Positions 9,662 through 23,734 of a DNA stretch of 64,000 nt are shown here, in pieces (position 1 is the stretch's first letter; the number at the start of each line of letters is the position of its first letter). The notes under the pieces were generated by a model. The model was not told the origin of the DNA. It did not search any database and was given only the letters and a program-made list of their open reading frames with translations. This DNA is from Actinomycetota bacterium (GTDB lineage: Bacteria > Actinomycetota > Aquicultoria > UBA3085 > Oleimmundimicrobiaceae), in assembly GCA_037441605.1 (NCBI GenBank), contig JBBIRY010000001.1, positions 377 through 64,376 of the forward strand. The letters are read 5' to 3'. Made by a program: the position numbers and the translations under genes.

Positions 9662-10201
9662 TCAAGGCCGAGATTTGCGCCTATTTAGAAAGAAGAGAAG
9701 GGCCGAAGAGAGACCCAAACCCAGAGCCCAATAGATTCTCTCGGTCTCGATCGGGCGTTCTATCGCCTCGCCCGGGTCGATGATCGCAAGTGAGATTGCG
9801 TGAATATCCATATCTCCGCCATGCTCTGGGCAAGCCGCATTGAAGGTTCCGACAACACGTACCAAGTCCCCCCAGTTGTCATAGTTGCCAAGGGTTGTGA
9901 TCTTGGCGGCTTCGTTGGCCGGGAGCCATACAGCCATTCCTGAATTATAACCACTAAGCTTGCGCGATCTCATCTTTCCGTATTGGTCATCGTTTAGATG
10001 TATCCAGGCGTTGTCGCCTCTGACCATGATGTCGCCAATCGCTTCCCCTTCGAAGGTGATCACCTGCCCATCGTAGGCTTTATGCTCCTCAATGAGCTCA
10101 GTTGAGGATGTCAGGGCCAAGGCGGAGCTTGTTGGCAGCAAGAATAAAACCAGGAGCGAAACGAAGGAAACGGCTATATGAGGTCTTTCTCTTTTCATCA
10201 T
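9662..10201 (-). CDS. Hypothetical exported protein with a signal peptide and a C-terminal hydrophobic anchor followed by a basic tail
   Basis: The ORF begins MMKRERPHIAVSFVSLLVLFLLPTSSALA. The C-terminus is WALGLGLSSALLFFLNRRKSRP. The start ATG overlaps the trkH stop (TGATG), so the two are translationally coupled. Confidence 0.55.
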   Translation of the reverse strand: MMKRERPHIAVSFVSLLVLFLLPTSSALALTSSTELIEEHKAYDGQVITFEGEAIGDIMVRGDNAWIHLNDDQYGKMRSRKLSGYNSGMAVWLPANEAAKITTLGNYDNWGDLVRVVGTFNAACPEHGGDMDIHAISLAIIDPGEAIERPIETERIYWALGLGLSSALLFFLNRRKSRP

Positions 10202-11712
10202 CACTTTCCCTTTACCGAGGCGTACATGAAGCCGACGAGACCGAATATGGCCATGAACTCGAGGCGTCCCATCCACATGGCCAATATATAAACTACCTTC
10301 ATCAGAGCCGGCATGGCTGGTGAGGTTACGCCGCAAGAAAGGCCCGAATTGCTGCCAACCGAGACGGCATCAAAAAGAGACTCCACAAAGGGGTAGCGGT
10401 AATATACTCCAACCAAAGTTGTTACCGTATATATCATGATATATGAGAGAACGATCAGCATGGCACTCCGTATGTGTCCATCGTCTAAGACCACATTTTT
10501 GATGTGGTGCATCTTTTCTACGATCACTGCCGACTCTGGCGCCAAGATACCCCGTATCTCTTTTACCAGCGCCTTGAAGATTACGCCCATGCGCAGCCCC
10601 TTAAAGCCGCCCGCCGTCGAGCAAGCCGAAGCCCCAATAGCCATAGCCATGGTGACGCCTATCATTCCCATTTCGCCCCATTGGCGAACGAAGGCACGGG
10701 CCTGTATCGTCATGAATCCCGTTGTGGTGTGGGCCGAAGATATCTGATAGAAGGCTTTTCTGAACATGGCAACTGCCTCTGGGTAGACGCCCATCCTTAT
10801 TAGGCCGACTGTGGTTATTGCAAGGGCGATGCTCAAGGTTATGGTGAATGAAATGATCTCGATATTACGATAGATCTCTTTTCGGTTTTTAGTCCAAACG
10901 GCCCAGTGGAGGGCGAAGTTGAACGATCCGATTATGAAAATGATGATCGAGGCCATCTCGAAGAAAAGACTGTGATAATAAGAGGTATTTAAGGATTGAG
11001 GGGCAAAGCCGCCCGTACTCCAGGCGCCCATGAAGATCCAGACGGAATGGAGGAGTCCTCTAACCGGAGGCATGCCTTCAAAAAGGGCGATCACCCAAAG
11101 GACCAACGATCCGGCTACCAGATAGCTCAAACTGATAAGCCAAATAGCCCGAGCAGTCTGGATGACGTTGGGAAGGAGCTTCTCGTCCTTTCCCTCGCCC
11201 ACATATATTTTAACAACGCCTCCGCTTCCGCCGACCAGAAATGTTAAAGCTATGACGATTATTCCTTGGCCCCCGGCATAAGTTAAGAGGTGGCGCCACA
11301 TATTCAATGCGTGAGAAATATGGTCCAAATCCTGAAGAAGAAAGAGGCCGGTCGTGGTGTAGCCGCTCATAAGATCGAAACAGGCATCTAAAAAGGAGGC
11401 GAAGTGACCGCTTAAGTAATGGGGGATCGCTCCAAGGAGCATGGCCAAAAGCCAGGAGAAAGAGGCGACGACCATACCTTGGAGCCAGCTCAGGTCGTGA
11501 TCGGTCTTGAAGAAGAGCTGCATTGAAAGGCCGAGAGTAAAGCAAGAAAATATACCGATCATAAAATCCAAAGCCGGGTTCCATTCGGCAAAGATCAAGG
11601 CAGTGACCAGAGGCAAGATCATTAATAAGCCGACACCAAAGATTATCTTGCCGCTATAGAAGGCGATATTTTTGTAATCGAGGATCCTGGGTCTCTGTAT
11701 CACGTCTGCCAA
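10201..11712 (-). CDS. trkH: Trk/Ktr-type potassium uptake protein (TrkH/KtrB family)
   Basis: A 503-aa polytopic membrane protein with repeated pore-loop-like segments (e.g. SAHTTTGF, WSTGGF). It is adjacent to two trkA genes. Confidence 0.8.
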   Translation of the reverse strand: MADVIQRPRILDYKNIAFYSGKIIFGVGLLMILPLVTALIFAEWNPALDFMIGIFSCFTLGLSMQLFFKTDHDLSWLQGMVVASFSWLLAMLLGAIPHYLSGHFASFLDACFDLMSGYTTTGLFLLQDLDHISHALNMWRHLLTYAGGQGIIVIALTFLVGGSGGVVKIYVGEGKDEKLLPNVIQTARAIWLISLSYLVAGSLVLWVIALFEGMPPVRGLLHSVWIFMGAWSTGGFAPQSLNTSYYHSLFFEMASIIIFIIGSFNFALHWAVWTKNRKEIYRNIEIISFTITLSIALAITTVGLIRMGVYPEAVAMFRKAFYQISSAHTTTGFMTIQARAFVRQWGEMGMIGVTMAMAIGASACSTAGGFKGLRMGVIFKALVKEIRGILAPESAVIVEKMHHIKNVVLDDGHIRSAMLIVLSYIMIYTVTTLVGVYYRYPFVESLFDAVSVGSNSGLSCGVTSPAMPALMKVVYILAMWMGRLEFMAIFGLVGFMYASVKGK

Positions 11713-11831
11713 CTCACAATGGTCGCTATGATTAAAAAGGCCAGGGCGGAAAGGAAGAGAGCGGCCAGAACCTCGATAGCCATACCGGAAAGGTAGCTTA
11801 AGATCGAATCGATAAAGCTTCTCTTTTTCAT
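11700..11831 (-). CDS. Small hydrophobic protein (43 aa), MKKRSFIDSILSYLSGMAIEVLAALFLSALAFLIIATIVSWQT, lying between trkA and trkH
   Basis: It is not in the ORF track because it is under 60 aa. Its ATG overlaps the trkA stop (ATGA) and its 3' end overlaps the trkH start by 13 nt. It has one predicted TM helix. Confidence 0.4.
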   Translation of the reverse strand: MKKRSFIDSILSYLSGMAIEVLAALFLSALAFLIIATIVSWQT

Positions 11832-12493
11832 GACTCCCCGGTAAGGGTCCTCTTGAGTTCTTTTTCTTGCCCGGTCCTGGTTATAGCGATGACCAAATCT
11901 CCGGCCTCAAGCGTGGTGTTTCCGGTTGGTATTACGACGTCGTCCCCCCGGACTATGGTCGCGATGACGCAGTCTTCGGGCAGTTCGAGCTCGGCGATCT
12001 TCTTATCACAAACGGTGCAGCGATCGGTCGGTAGCTTTACCTCGACCAGCGAGATTTGACCCTTCTTCATGGTGTAGAGGGTTATGACATCACCAATGGT
12101 CGCCTCCTCTTCGATGAGGCGCGAGATGATGGTGGTAGAGCTTATGGCGTCGATGCCCATGCGGTGAAATATTCGCTCGTTTTTGGGATTATTGACCTTG
12201 GCGACCGTCCTTGGAATATCGAAAGTGACTTTGGCGAGTTCGCAAGCGACCAGGTTATCATCATCATCTCCGGTCACCGAAGCGAAGACATCGGCGTGGG
12301 ACATCCCGGCGTCTTCCTGGGCCGACACATCGCAGCCATCGCCGTTTATGACGAGCACATTCTCAAGGTTTGTAGCCAGCTTTTGACAGAGGGAGACATC
12401 CCGTTCGATCAGGGCGACGCTATGCCCCTTCTTGCTCAGCTTGCCGGCCAAGAAGGAACCGACTTTGCCGCCACCGCTGATTACGATATACAT
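11828..12493 (-). CDS. trkA: Trk system NAD-binding regulatory subunit (TrkA-N + TrkA-C)
   Basis: MYIVISGGGKVGSFLAGKLSKKGHSVALIERD contains the Rossmann GxGxxG of TrkA. Confidence 0.85.
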   Translation of the reverse strand: MYIVISGGGKVGSFLAGKLSKKGHSVALIERDVSLCQKLATNLENVLVINGDGCDVSAQEDAGMSHADVFASVTGDDDDNLVACELAKVTFDIPRTVAKVNNPKNERIFHRMGIDAISSTTIISRLIEEEATIGDVITLYTMKKGQISLVEVKLPTDRCTVCDKKIAELELPEDCVIATIVRGDDVVIPTGNTTLEAGDLVIAITRTGQEKELKRTLTGES

Positions 12494-12506
12494 ATATATT
12501 GTCCTC

Positions 12507-13148
12507 CTAATGCTGGAAGAGCCTGGTCATCTTAGGGATGGCCCAACGGCGAACGGTGCAAAAGATACGGTCATGCTCTTTAATGGGGGTCTCTTTGTTG
12601 GGAAGGATGGCTTCGCCCTTTCTCATGATGGCCGATATCCTAACCTCGTCTTCGACTTCGATCTCGCCCACTGTCTTATTCCCCAAGCTCTTACCCGCCT
12701 TCAGCTCGATCAATTCCACGTCGCTTCCGATCCGAAGGTGGCGGCTGTGGCCCCTGATTATCTTATCCAAAATTCGCTCGGCGGTCAGCAGGGTTCCGCA
12801 GACATACTCCAACCCAAGTTGCTGGTAGGTCCGTTCTTTCTCGGGGTTATAGAGGCGGGAGATGGCTCTCTCCACGCCGAAGAGCTTGGTTACCATCTCG
12901 GTTATCATGAGGTTCGTATTGTCTAAATCGGTTACGACGGCCACCGCGTCGGCCTTTTCAACTCCCGCTTCTTGTAGGACCTCTTCATCGAAGCCCATGC
13001 CTTCAATAGCCAGGCCGTTGAAGGTGGAGCCCAGGCGCCTGAAGGAGGAGGAGTCCTTGTCGATGACGACCACATTATGGCCATCTCTGGCTAAATCTTT
13101 AGCGAGCTGTGATCCGACGCGGCCACAACCGATGACTATAACATACAT
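12507..13148 (-). CDS. trkA: Second TrkA-family NAD-binding subunit (paralogue)
   Basis: MYVIVIGCGRVGSQLAKDLARDGHNVVVIDKD. It is a tandem paralogue of the gene downstream. Confidence 0.85.
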   Translation of the reverse strand: MYVIVIGCGRVGSQLAKDLARDGHNVVVIDKDSSSFRRLGSTFNGLAIEGMGFDEEVLQEAGVEKADAVAVVTDLDNTNLMITEMVTKLFGVERAISRLYNPEKERTYQQLGLEYVCGTLLTAERILDKIIRGHSRHLRIGSDVELIELKAGKSLGNKTVGEIEVEDEVRISAIMRKGEAILPNKETPIKEHDRIFCTVRRWAIPKMTRLFQH

Positions 13149-13267
13149 ATTAAGTCTCCAAAGAGCTTGCTTTTTTAACTTATTTTAGCAATGATAGACC
13201 CGTCAAAAGGGGCTGTCAATCATTTTTTCGGCCAAGAAAAATGGCTGTTAGCCCACAAGGAGGCGCG

Positions 13268-13870
13268 ATGGAAGAGGGGGCTTTGCCTAGCAAGGAGTCG
13301 CTTCGAAAGGCTGGGCTTAAGGTAAGAGGCGACCTTGATGCGGCCACAAGAAAGAAGAAGAGCGAGGAGATCGCAAGGCAATTCTTTTCGATGAAGGAAG
13401 CAAGAGGGGCCGAAACGATAGCCTTCTATATATCATGCAAAGATGAGGTCGAGACGGAGGCTATGATAAAAAGGGCTATCGAAATGGGCAAGAGGGTCGC
13501 TGCCCCGGTTGCACGGGTCGGCGAGCGCAGGCTCGATATGGTTTATCTCTATGATTTTGAAGAAGGGGTCAAGGAGGGAGCCTACGGCATACTTGAGCCG
13601 ATCGAGGGGAGCGGACCTACGCTCAAGGCGGAAGAGATAGATGTAATCATCGTGCCGGCCTTGGCCTTCGATCGGACCGGAGCGAGGCTCGGCTACGGCT
13701 GCGGCTACTACGATAGGTTTTTGAAGAGGCTGAAGGACGAAGCTGTCAAAATAGGACTCGCCTTTGAGGTTCAGATGGTAGACGAAGTTCCCTTCGAATC
13801 CCACGATGAGAGAGTCGATTATATAGTGACCGAAACCGGAATCATTGGGTCTTTTGGGGACCAGCCATAG
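13268..13870 (+). CDS. 5-formyltetrahydrofolate cyclo-ligase
   Basis: The motifs are IVPALAFDRTGARLGYGCGYYDRFL and AAPVARVGE. The start was chosen at the ATG preceded by AAGGAGG; the track ORF starts 9 codons upstream at an alternative codon. Confidence 0.8.
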   Translation: MEEGALPSKESLRKAGLKVRGDLDAATRKKKSEEIARQFFSMKEARGAETIAFYISCKDEVETEAMIKRAIEMGKRVAAPVARVGERRLDMVYLYDFEEGVKEGAYGILEPIEGSGPTLKAEEIDVIIVPALAFDRTGARLGYGCGYYDRFLKRLKDEAVKIGLAFEVQMVDEVPFESHDERVDYIVTETGIIGSFGDQP

Positions 13871-13943
13871 GGCTGAATAATATTCGGCTTTAAGTTGTAA
13901 GTTTGCCGATATAACATTAACCAAAGTTTGGGGTGAAGTTAGA

Positions 13944-13971
13944 TTGACACCCCACCTCGTGGTGCTATAAT
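13944..13971 (+). promoter_or_regulatory. rRNA promoter P1. Consensus sigma70 -35 TTGACA (13944-13949) and -10 TATAAT (13966-13971), with a 16-nt spacer.
   Basis: Exact consensus hexamers sit about 350 nt upstream of the 16S gene. Confidence 0.7.
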
Positions 13972-14139
13972 TAAAAGGCGGTCATTAAACACACCTTGTT
14001 TGGAGTGGTTTGATTGACAATTTGCTCGATGGGGGCGACAAAAATATAGGGGTCTCTTAAGGGAGCACTAAGCCAACCTCTTGTTTTTGCCGCCGAGTTT
14101 GAAAGGCGGTAATTTTTTTGCCTTTTTTAAACTTTGTTA

Positions 14140-14168
14140 TTGACAGAGGATAACCCATCTGTTAGCAT
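14140..14168 (+). promoter_or_regulatory. rRNA promoter P2 candidate. -35 TTGACA, 17-nt spacer, -10 TAGCAT. An AT-rich UP-like element (AATTTTTTTGCCTTTTTTAAACTTTGTTA) lies upstream.
   Basis: The -35 is exact and the -10 is 4/6. This fits the typical tandem arrangement of rRNA promoters. A further TTGACA at 14014 has no convincing -10. Confidence 0.45.
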
Positions 14169-14324
14169 TTCTCTTTGCGTTTATCGGTCTTTGAAAACTA
14201 AACAGTATTGTAAAAAGCTTACAGCTTAGCAGCTAGCGGATCTCTATCAGCTTTTAGCTGATGAAAAAAGCAAGTTAAACTCGTTAAACCTCGGCCATCG
14301 CTTTTAGCGGCGGCCGATAAGTTT

Positions 14325-15869
<1,545 letters not shown>

Positions 15870-16011
15870 GGGAGAATTATCTCTTAGATATTCGGCTCAC
15901 AAGGCCGACTTTCTAGAAATAAGTCGAACGTTTAGCTGCAACAATACTGTTTAGTTTTGAAAGACCGATTTTTGCACCTTGAAAACTACATAGCAAAATT
16001 CGAGTAATATG

Positions 16012-19007
<2,996 letters not shown>

Positions 19008-19063
19008 TTCGAATTTTGCTGTGTGGTTTTGAAGGTGCAAAATCTTTCATTTTGACCATCAGG

Positions 19064-19181
19064 TTTTCGGTGGCCATGGCGAGCGGGGTACACCTCTTCC
19101 CATTTCGAACAGAGAAGTTAAGCCGCTCAGCGCCGATGGTACTGCACTGGCAACGGTGTGGGAGAGTAGGACGCCGCCGAA
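19064..19181 (+). rRNA. rrf: 5S ribosomal RNA
   Basis: TTCGGTGGCCATGGCGAGCGGGGTACACCTCTTCCCATTTCGAACAGAGAAGTTAAGCCGCTCAGCGCCGATGGTACTGCACTGGCAACGGTGTGGGAGAGTAGGACGCCGCCGAA is a typical bacterial 5S. Confidence 0.9.
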
Positions 19182-19191
19182 TCTTTTTAAA

Positions 19192-19220
19192 GGCTCCGCC
19201 CTTGGCGGAGCCTTTTCTTT
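19192..19220 (+). terminator. Rho-independent terminator of the rRNA operon, with stem GGCTCCGCC/GGCGGAGCC followed by TTTTCTTT
   Basis: A perfect 9-bp GC-rich stem plus T-tract lies immediately after the 5S gene. Confidence 0.8.
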
Positions 19221-19380
19221 ATGCCAAAAAAGCCAAAAAACTTTCATTTCGACCGCTTACCGCACAAAAACGACCGCTTGTTGGAAAATGGCGGTCTTTG
19301 ACCCACTTTTGAAGTATATTTCAATCCCGAACAGGTTTGCCTAAAAGGCCAATCGAAAAACTAGCAAAGAAGGAGGGCGC

Positions 19381-21375
19381 ATGAGCGAAGAGAAAGATAT
19401 TCAATCCATGATGCACGAGGAGAGGATCTTCTATCCTCCAAAGGAGATTTCCGAAAAGGCTTATATAAAGAGCATGGAAGAGTATGAAAAGATGTACAAG
19501 GAGTCGGTCGACGATCCAGAGGGCTTCTGGGGAAAGATGGCCGAGGAGAACTTGGCCTGGTTTTCCAAGTGGGACAAGGTCATGGAGTATGACTTCGATA
19601 CCGTCGGCGAGAAGGAGGCTCCATTCGTCCAATTCTTCAAGGGCGGCAAGATCAACGTCTCCTACAACTGTCTCGACCGTCACCTAGAGACAAAGGGAGA
19701 CAAGGTCGCCCTGATCTGGCAGGGCGAGGCCGAAGAGAAGAAGCGCAGGGTGACCTACAAGGAGCTTCACAGAGAGGTCTGCCGCTTTGCCAACGTTTTG
19801 AAGAAGCACGGCATCAAGAAGGGCGATGCCGTCACCCTTTTCATGCCGATGATCTTGGAGCTTCCGATCGCCATGCTGGCTTGCACTAGGATTGGCGCCA
19901 TCCACTCGATAGTCTTCTCCGCTTTCAGCGCCGAAGCTCTCTCCAGCCGGATGACCGATTGCGGCTCCAAGGCCCTCATCACCGCCGACGCGGGCTATCA
20001 CGCCGGTAAAGTCATCGGCCTTAAGAAGACGGCCGACGCGGCCCTTGCTTCCTGCGACTTCGTCAAGAAGGTCATCGTCTTCAAGCAATCGGACGAAGAG
20101 GTGCCCATGACGAGCGGACGCGATTTCTGGTGGCACGAGGAGATGGCGGCGAGCGATATTTCGGACGCTTGTGAGGCCGAGAGGATGGACGCTGAAGATC
20201 CCCTCTTTATCCTCTATACCAGTGGCAGCACCGGCAAGCCCAAGGGTGTTCTCCATACCACCGGCGGCTATCTCTTGCACGTCAACCTAACGACCAAGTA
20301 TACCTTCGACCTTAAAGAGGATGAGCTCTTTTGGTGTACGGCCGATATCGGCTGGGTTACCGGTCATTCCTATATCGTCTACGGACCTTTAAGCAACGGC
20401 TTTACCAGCTTGATGTTCGAGGGGGTTCCGACCTATCCCGAGCCCGACCGTTTCTGGAAGATCGTAGAAGATTACAAGGTCAATATCTTCTATACCGCTC
20501 CGACCGCGATCCGCGCGCTGATGAGGCTAGGCGAAGAGTGGCCGAATAAGCATGATCTTTCAAGTCTTAGGGTCTTGGGCACGGTCGGAGAGCCGATAAA
20601 TCCCGAGGCCTGGATCTGGTATTACAAGACGATCGGCAAAGAGCGCTGTCCGATAGTCGATACCTGGTGGCAGACGGAGACCGGCGGCCACCTAATCACC
20701 CCGCTCGCCGGCTGTACCCCGACCAAGCCGGGTTCGGCCTCCAAGCCTTTCTTTGGTGTCGTGCCCAAGGTTGTTAGGAAGGACGGGAGCGAGGCCAATG
20801 TCAACGAGGGGGGTTCGCTTATCATCACCCGCCCTTGGCCGGGCATGCTTCGCGGTGTCTACGGTGATCCCAAAAACCAGAGGATCAAAGAGGTCTACTT
20901 CTCGATGTATCCGGGCAATTACTTTACCGGCGACGGCTGCCGGATCGATGAGGACGGTTTCTACTGGCTTCTTGGCCGGATCGATGATGTCATCAACGTT
21001 TCGGGTCACCGGATTGGGACGGCCGAGGTCGAGAGCGCGCTCGTCTCCCACCCCTTTGTGGCTGAAGCCGCCGTCGTCGGCTATCCTCATGATGTCAAAG
21101 GACAGGGCATCTATTGCTACGTCACCTTGAAGCAAGCGTATGCGCCCTCCGATGATCTAAAGAAGGAACTCGTCAAGCACGTGAGGACCGAGATCAGCCC
21201 AATAGCAACACCCGATAAGATTCAGTTTGCCAACGCTCTTCCCAAGACGAGATCTGGTAAAATAATGAGAAGAATCCTGCGCAAGATCGCCGAGGGCCAG
21301 ATCGATGCCATCGGCGATACATCCACCTTGGCCGATCCGTCGGTTGTCGAATCGTTGGTCAACGAGAGACAGTAG
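19381..21375 (+). CDS. acs: Acetyl-CoA synthetase (AMP-forming acetate--CoA ligase)
   Basis: A 664-aa protein with the adenylate-forming motifs [12 protein letters not shown] and WWQTETGG and the C-terminal lysine motif [23 protein letters not shown] is present. Confidence 0.9.
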   Translation: MSEEKDIQSMMHEERIFYPPKEISEKAYIKSMEEYEKMYKESVDDPEGFWGKMAEENLAWFSKWDKVMEYDFDTVGEKEAPFVQFFKGGKINVSYNCLDRHLETKGDKVALIWQGEAEEKKRRVTYKELHREVCRFANVLKKHGIKKGDAVTLFMPMILELPIAMLACTRIGAIHSIVFSAFSAEALSSRMTDCGSKALITADAGYHAGKVIGLKKTADAALASCDFVKKVIVFKQSDEEVPMTSGRDFWWHEEMAASDISDACEAERMDAEDPLFILYTSGSTGKPKGVLHTTGGYLLHVNLTTKYTFDLKEDELFWCTADIGWVTGHSYIVYGPLSNGFTSLMFEGVPTYPEPDRFWKIVEDYKVNIFYTAPTAIRALMRLGEEWPNKHDLSSLRVLGTVGEPINPEAWIWYYKTIGKERCPIVDTWWQTETGGHLITPLAGCTPTKPGSASKPFFGVVPKVVRKDGSEANVNEGGSLIITRPWPGMLRGVYGDPKNQRIKEVYFSMYPGNYFTGDGCRIDEDGFYWLLGRIDDVINVSGHRIGTAEVESALVSHPFVAEAAVVGYPHDVKGQGIYCYVTLKQAYAPSDDLKKELVKHVRTEISPIATPDKIQFANALPKTRSGKIMRRILRKIAEGQIDAIGDTSTLADPSVVESLVNERQ

Positions 21376-21401
21376 GATAAAAAACTTTTAAGGAGGGGCA
21401 G

Positions 21402-21590
21402 ATGAAGGTAACCGAAGATATGACCATCGCCCAGATAATTCAGGCAAACTCCAAGGCGGCAGGGGTCTTTGCCGCGAACGGGATGGCTTGCACCGGTTGT
21501 TCGATTGCCAAGGGAGAGACCTTGGCCGAAGCGGCTATGGCCCACGGGATACCCTTGAGTCTTCTTTTAGATCAACTCAATCAGGGGTAA
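21402..21590 (+). CDS. DUF1858-type small protein (hybrid-cluster-protein-associated disulfide domain)
   Basis: The whole 62-aa protein, MKVTEDMTIAQIIQANSKAAGVFAANGMACTGCSIAKGETLAEAAMAHGIPLSLLLDQLN, matches the DUF1858 pattern. An AAGGAGG RBS is present. Confidence 0.6.
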   Translation: MKVTEDMTIAQIIQANSKAAGVFAANGMACTGCSIAKGETLAEAAMAHGIPLSLLLDQLNQG

Positions 21591-21629
21591 AAGAAGAAAG
21601 ACTCTGATGCAAGATGATGTACGAATTTA

Positions 21630-21665
21630 GGCTCCCGCCGCATGCGGTGGGAGCCTTTCCTTTCT
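21630..21665 (+). terminator. Rho-independent terminator (GGCTCCCGCCGC-ATG-CGGTGGGAGCC followed by T-rich sequence) after the acs / DUF1858 pair
   Basis: A GC-rich inverted repeat followed by TTTCCTTTCTCC lies between convergent genes. Confidence 0.7.
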
Positions 21666-21676
21666 CCCTTTAAGCT

Positions 21677-22363
21677 TCAAGCCAGCTTCAAAAGCATCAA
21701 CCTTGCCCCAAGGAGGGCGAGCGGAATCAGGTGTACCACTCCAAAACTATCCCTTTTGTAATGATATCTTTCCTTCAGCCTCAGCGAGACATCTCCCACG
21801 AGCAGGCCTAAAATGGCTCCGCCTAAAAGATCACTTGGGAAGTGGACGCCCACATATAGCCGGGAAAGACCGACCAGAATTACGTAGACGAAATAGAACT
21901 GCAAAACGGGCAGCCCTTCGAAAATCCCCTCATCCCTAAAGTTCTTTAAGGATGGGAGAATAGACGAGGTCAAAGCCATGTGGCCGCTTGGAAAGGCGAA
22001 GCTCGAAATGTCTTCAAGGGGGGTTACGGGTAGGTTCACAAAGGGCCTCGGCCTACCAATGGCAAGCTTTAGGGTATCCGCAAGGAGCGGAGCAGCCGAG
22101 ACTGAAATTAGAAGGACGGCCAAAAGGTCGAACCGGCCCTTCATGATCAGCCAGAGCGAGATGAGAGCAAAGAAGACATAGGCCAAATAGAGCTGGTTTA
22201 AGACCTTGGCTGCCGGGGCAAGGAAGGGTGGCCTAACGTTTGCAATCAAGATCACAAGAGGATTGTCAAAGAAGAAGAGGGCTAAAATCGCCAAGAACAA
22301 AGTCCAAAAGAGCCTCTGTTTACCCATGAGCCCCCCGAAAAGAAAAGGCCCCTTTGGTTGCAA
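21677..22363 (-). CDS. PAP2-family phosphatase (phosphatidic acid phosphatase type 2 / undecaprenyl-PP phosphatase-like)
   Basis: The PAP2 motifs KLAIGRPRPF, PSGH and SRLYVGVHFPSDLLGGAILG are present in a polytopic membrane protein. Confidence 0.8.
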   Translation of the reverse strand: MQPKGPFLFGGLMGKQRLFWTLFLAILALFFFDNPLVILIANVRPPFLAPAAKVLNQLYLAYVFFALISLWLIMKGRFDLLAVLLISVSAAPLLADTLKLAIGRPRPFVNLPVTPLEDISSFAFPSGHMALTSSILPSLKNFRDEGIFEGLPVLQFYFVYVILVGLSRLYVGVHFPSDLLGGAILGLLVGDVSLRLKERYHYKRDSFGVVHLIPLALLGARLMLLKLA

Positions 22364-22388
22364 AGGGGCCGAAAGTTTGTCTGCTCGC

Positions 22389-22592
22389 TTAGATCTTCTT
22401 TACGTTTGCGGCCTGAGGCTTGCCGTTATCCCCTTCTACCACGTCGAACTCGACCTTCTCTCCTTCGTTGATCACCTTGAAGCCATCACCTAGAATGGCG
22501 GAGAAATGCACGAAGACGTCTTCGCCGCCTTCCTTTTCGATGAAACCGTAACCCTTCTTTGCATTGAACCACTTGACCGTGCCTTGAACCAT
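22389..22592 (-). CDS. cspA: Cold-shock protein (CspA family, cold-shock domain)
   Basis: [33 protein letters not shown] contains the RNP1 and RNP2 motifs. The start was taken at the second Met. Confidence 0.9.
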   Translation of the reverse strand: MVQGTVKWFNAKKGYGFIEKEGGEDVFVHFSAILGDGFKVINEGEKVEFDVVEGDNGKPQAANVKKI

Positions 22593-22632
22593 CACGAACC
22601 TCCTAAAGATGTAATGATGACACTATTCGGAA

Positions 22633-22661
22633 AGGATAACTCTCTTAAAGAGGAAAGTCAA
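22633..22661 (-). promoter_or_regulatory. Candidate csp promoter on the minus strand. -35 TTGACT, 17-nt spacer, -10 TATCCT, about 35-nt leader.
   Basis: Read from the reverse complement of 22633-22661. Confidence 0.4.
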
Positions 22662-22670
22662 CATGACCGG

Positions 22671-23489
22671 CTATAGTTTACCATCATCAATATCGCCCAA
22701 GGCCTCGCGGACGATACCGTAATGGATGTGGCCGGCCTTGTGAAGGATGGTGTCTCCGAGCTCAGGATCAGTCTTCATGCTGGCTATACAGGGGTAGCTG
22801 TGCCAATACTTGGCGACCACGGCGTCGATATCATCATCAAGCTTAACCCCTTTGAGCTTGTGGGCGACAAGATAGGTCGCCCCGCAGGGAGCTGAGACCT
22901 TAATCGTTGCCTTTTCGATCACTCCATCCTTGGTCTCAATCTTCATGACCGGCCGACCGATCATGAAGTGATCGATAAATTCGTTTATCGTCGGGTGGTC
23001 ATCACTTTTGGTTAGAGCGCAGAAGGGTTTGGGGAAGGCGCATTCGAGGCCGAGCTCATTACATATCTGTGTCAGCCTGCCCCGACCCCACCTTGTCAGC
23101 CAGTCGGGATGTTCGCATGGTACGATCAGCCCTTTCGCTCCCGCTTCTTTGGCCGCTTTTGGCAGGGCGAGCAGGATATCCTCATGGATATTTATGGCGA
23201 TGAGTATATCGTGGAAAGGCAGCGTATTCGGCAGGTATTTGGCAGGATCATCGATGTAGTAGAGGAGCTTAGCTGAAAGTTTGTGGACGCCCGCTATCTC
23301 TTCTTTAAAATTCAAGCCATAAGCCTTGCGGCAGTTTATGCAACTTTTGCCGCAGAACGTACAGACCGATCGGTCGTCGATAAGATGTTTGATAAATTTT
23401 TTGGCATAACCGTTCTCAAAGACAGAGTGGAAGGGCGGAACCTCCTCGCTCTTATCGAAGTCGTCCGGATGGATCAGAAAGAGCTTCAT
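22671..23489 (-). CDS. Conserved hypothetical Cys-rich protein (CxxCxxxCxxC motif), possibly of the DUF166/COG1810 type
   Basis: A 272-aa protein from the ATG with a GAGGAA RBS; the track ORF starts 18 codons upstream. The motifs are CTFCGKSCINC and several additional Cys/His (PCEH, SYPC). The family assignment is from memory only. Confidence 0.5.
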   Translation of the reverse strand: MKLFLIHPDDFDKSEEVPPFHSVFENGYAKKFIKHLIDDRSVCTFCGKSCINCRKAYGLNFKEEIAGVHKLSAKLLYYIDDPAKYLPNTLPFHDILIAINIHEDILLALPKAAKEAGAKGLIVPCEHPDWLTRWGRGRLTQICNELGLECAFPKPFCALTKSDDHPTINEFIDHFMIGRPVMKIETKDGVIEKATIKVSAPCGATYLVAHKLKGVKLDDDIDAVVAKYWHSYPCIASMKTDPELGDTILHKAGHIHYGIVREALGDIDDGKL

Positions 23490-23676
23490 GTAGTTTCCTC
23501 TAGTAGCATAGCTTATTCTATCATTTTTTTTACCCACCAACAAAAAAAGTCAGAGACAATCGACATTTAACCTACGCGTGATATAAAAGTCAATTGTGGA
23601 TTGACGACTAGTTTTCTTGTTCTTAAATGTTACTTTTTTGACCTCATCCTTTTTCAGGAAAATTTTCAAAAAATTA

Positions 23677-23704
23677 TTGACAAAAAATTAGGGGGGGGTA
23701 TTCT
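23677..23704 (+). promoter_or_regulatory. Candidate promoter of the low-GC islet. -35 TTGACA, 16-nt spacer, -10 TATTCT.
   Basis: It lies in an AT-rich 190-nt intergenic region upstream of 23735. An AGGAGG RBS sits at 23725-23730. Confidence 0.4.
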
Positions 23705-23734
23705 TACTTAAATTATAAGCCTATAGGAGGTAGT

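Noticed and set aside
9662-10201. Rhombosortase/GlyGly-CTERM or PEP-CTERM sorting signal in the exported protein, considered because a rhomboid protease is in the window
   Set aside because: The C-terminal anchor lacks the GG or PEP motif, and the rhomboid gene is 28 kb away.
14011-14050. Third rRNA promoter at the TTGACA at 14014
   Set aside because: No acceptable -10 hexamer at 16-18 nt spacing; only AAATAT at about 22 nt.
19297-19330. sigma70 promoter for acs (TTGACC ... TATATT)
   Set aside because: The spacer between the candidate hexamers is about 11-13 nt, outside the functional range.
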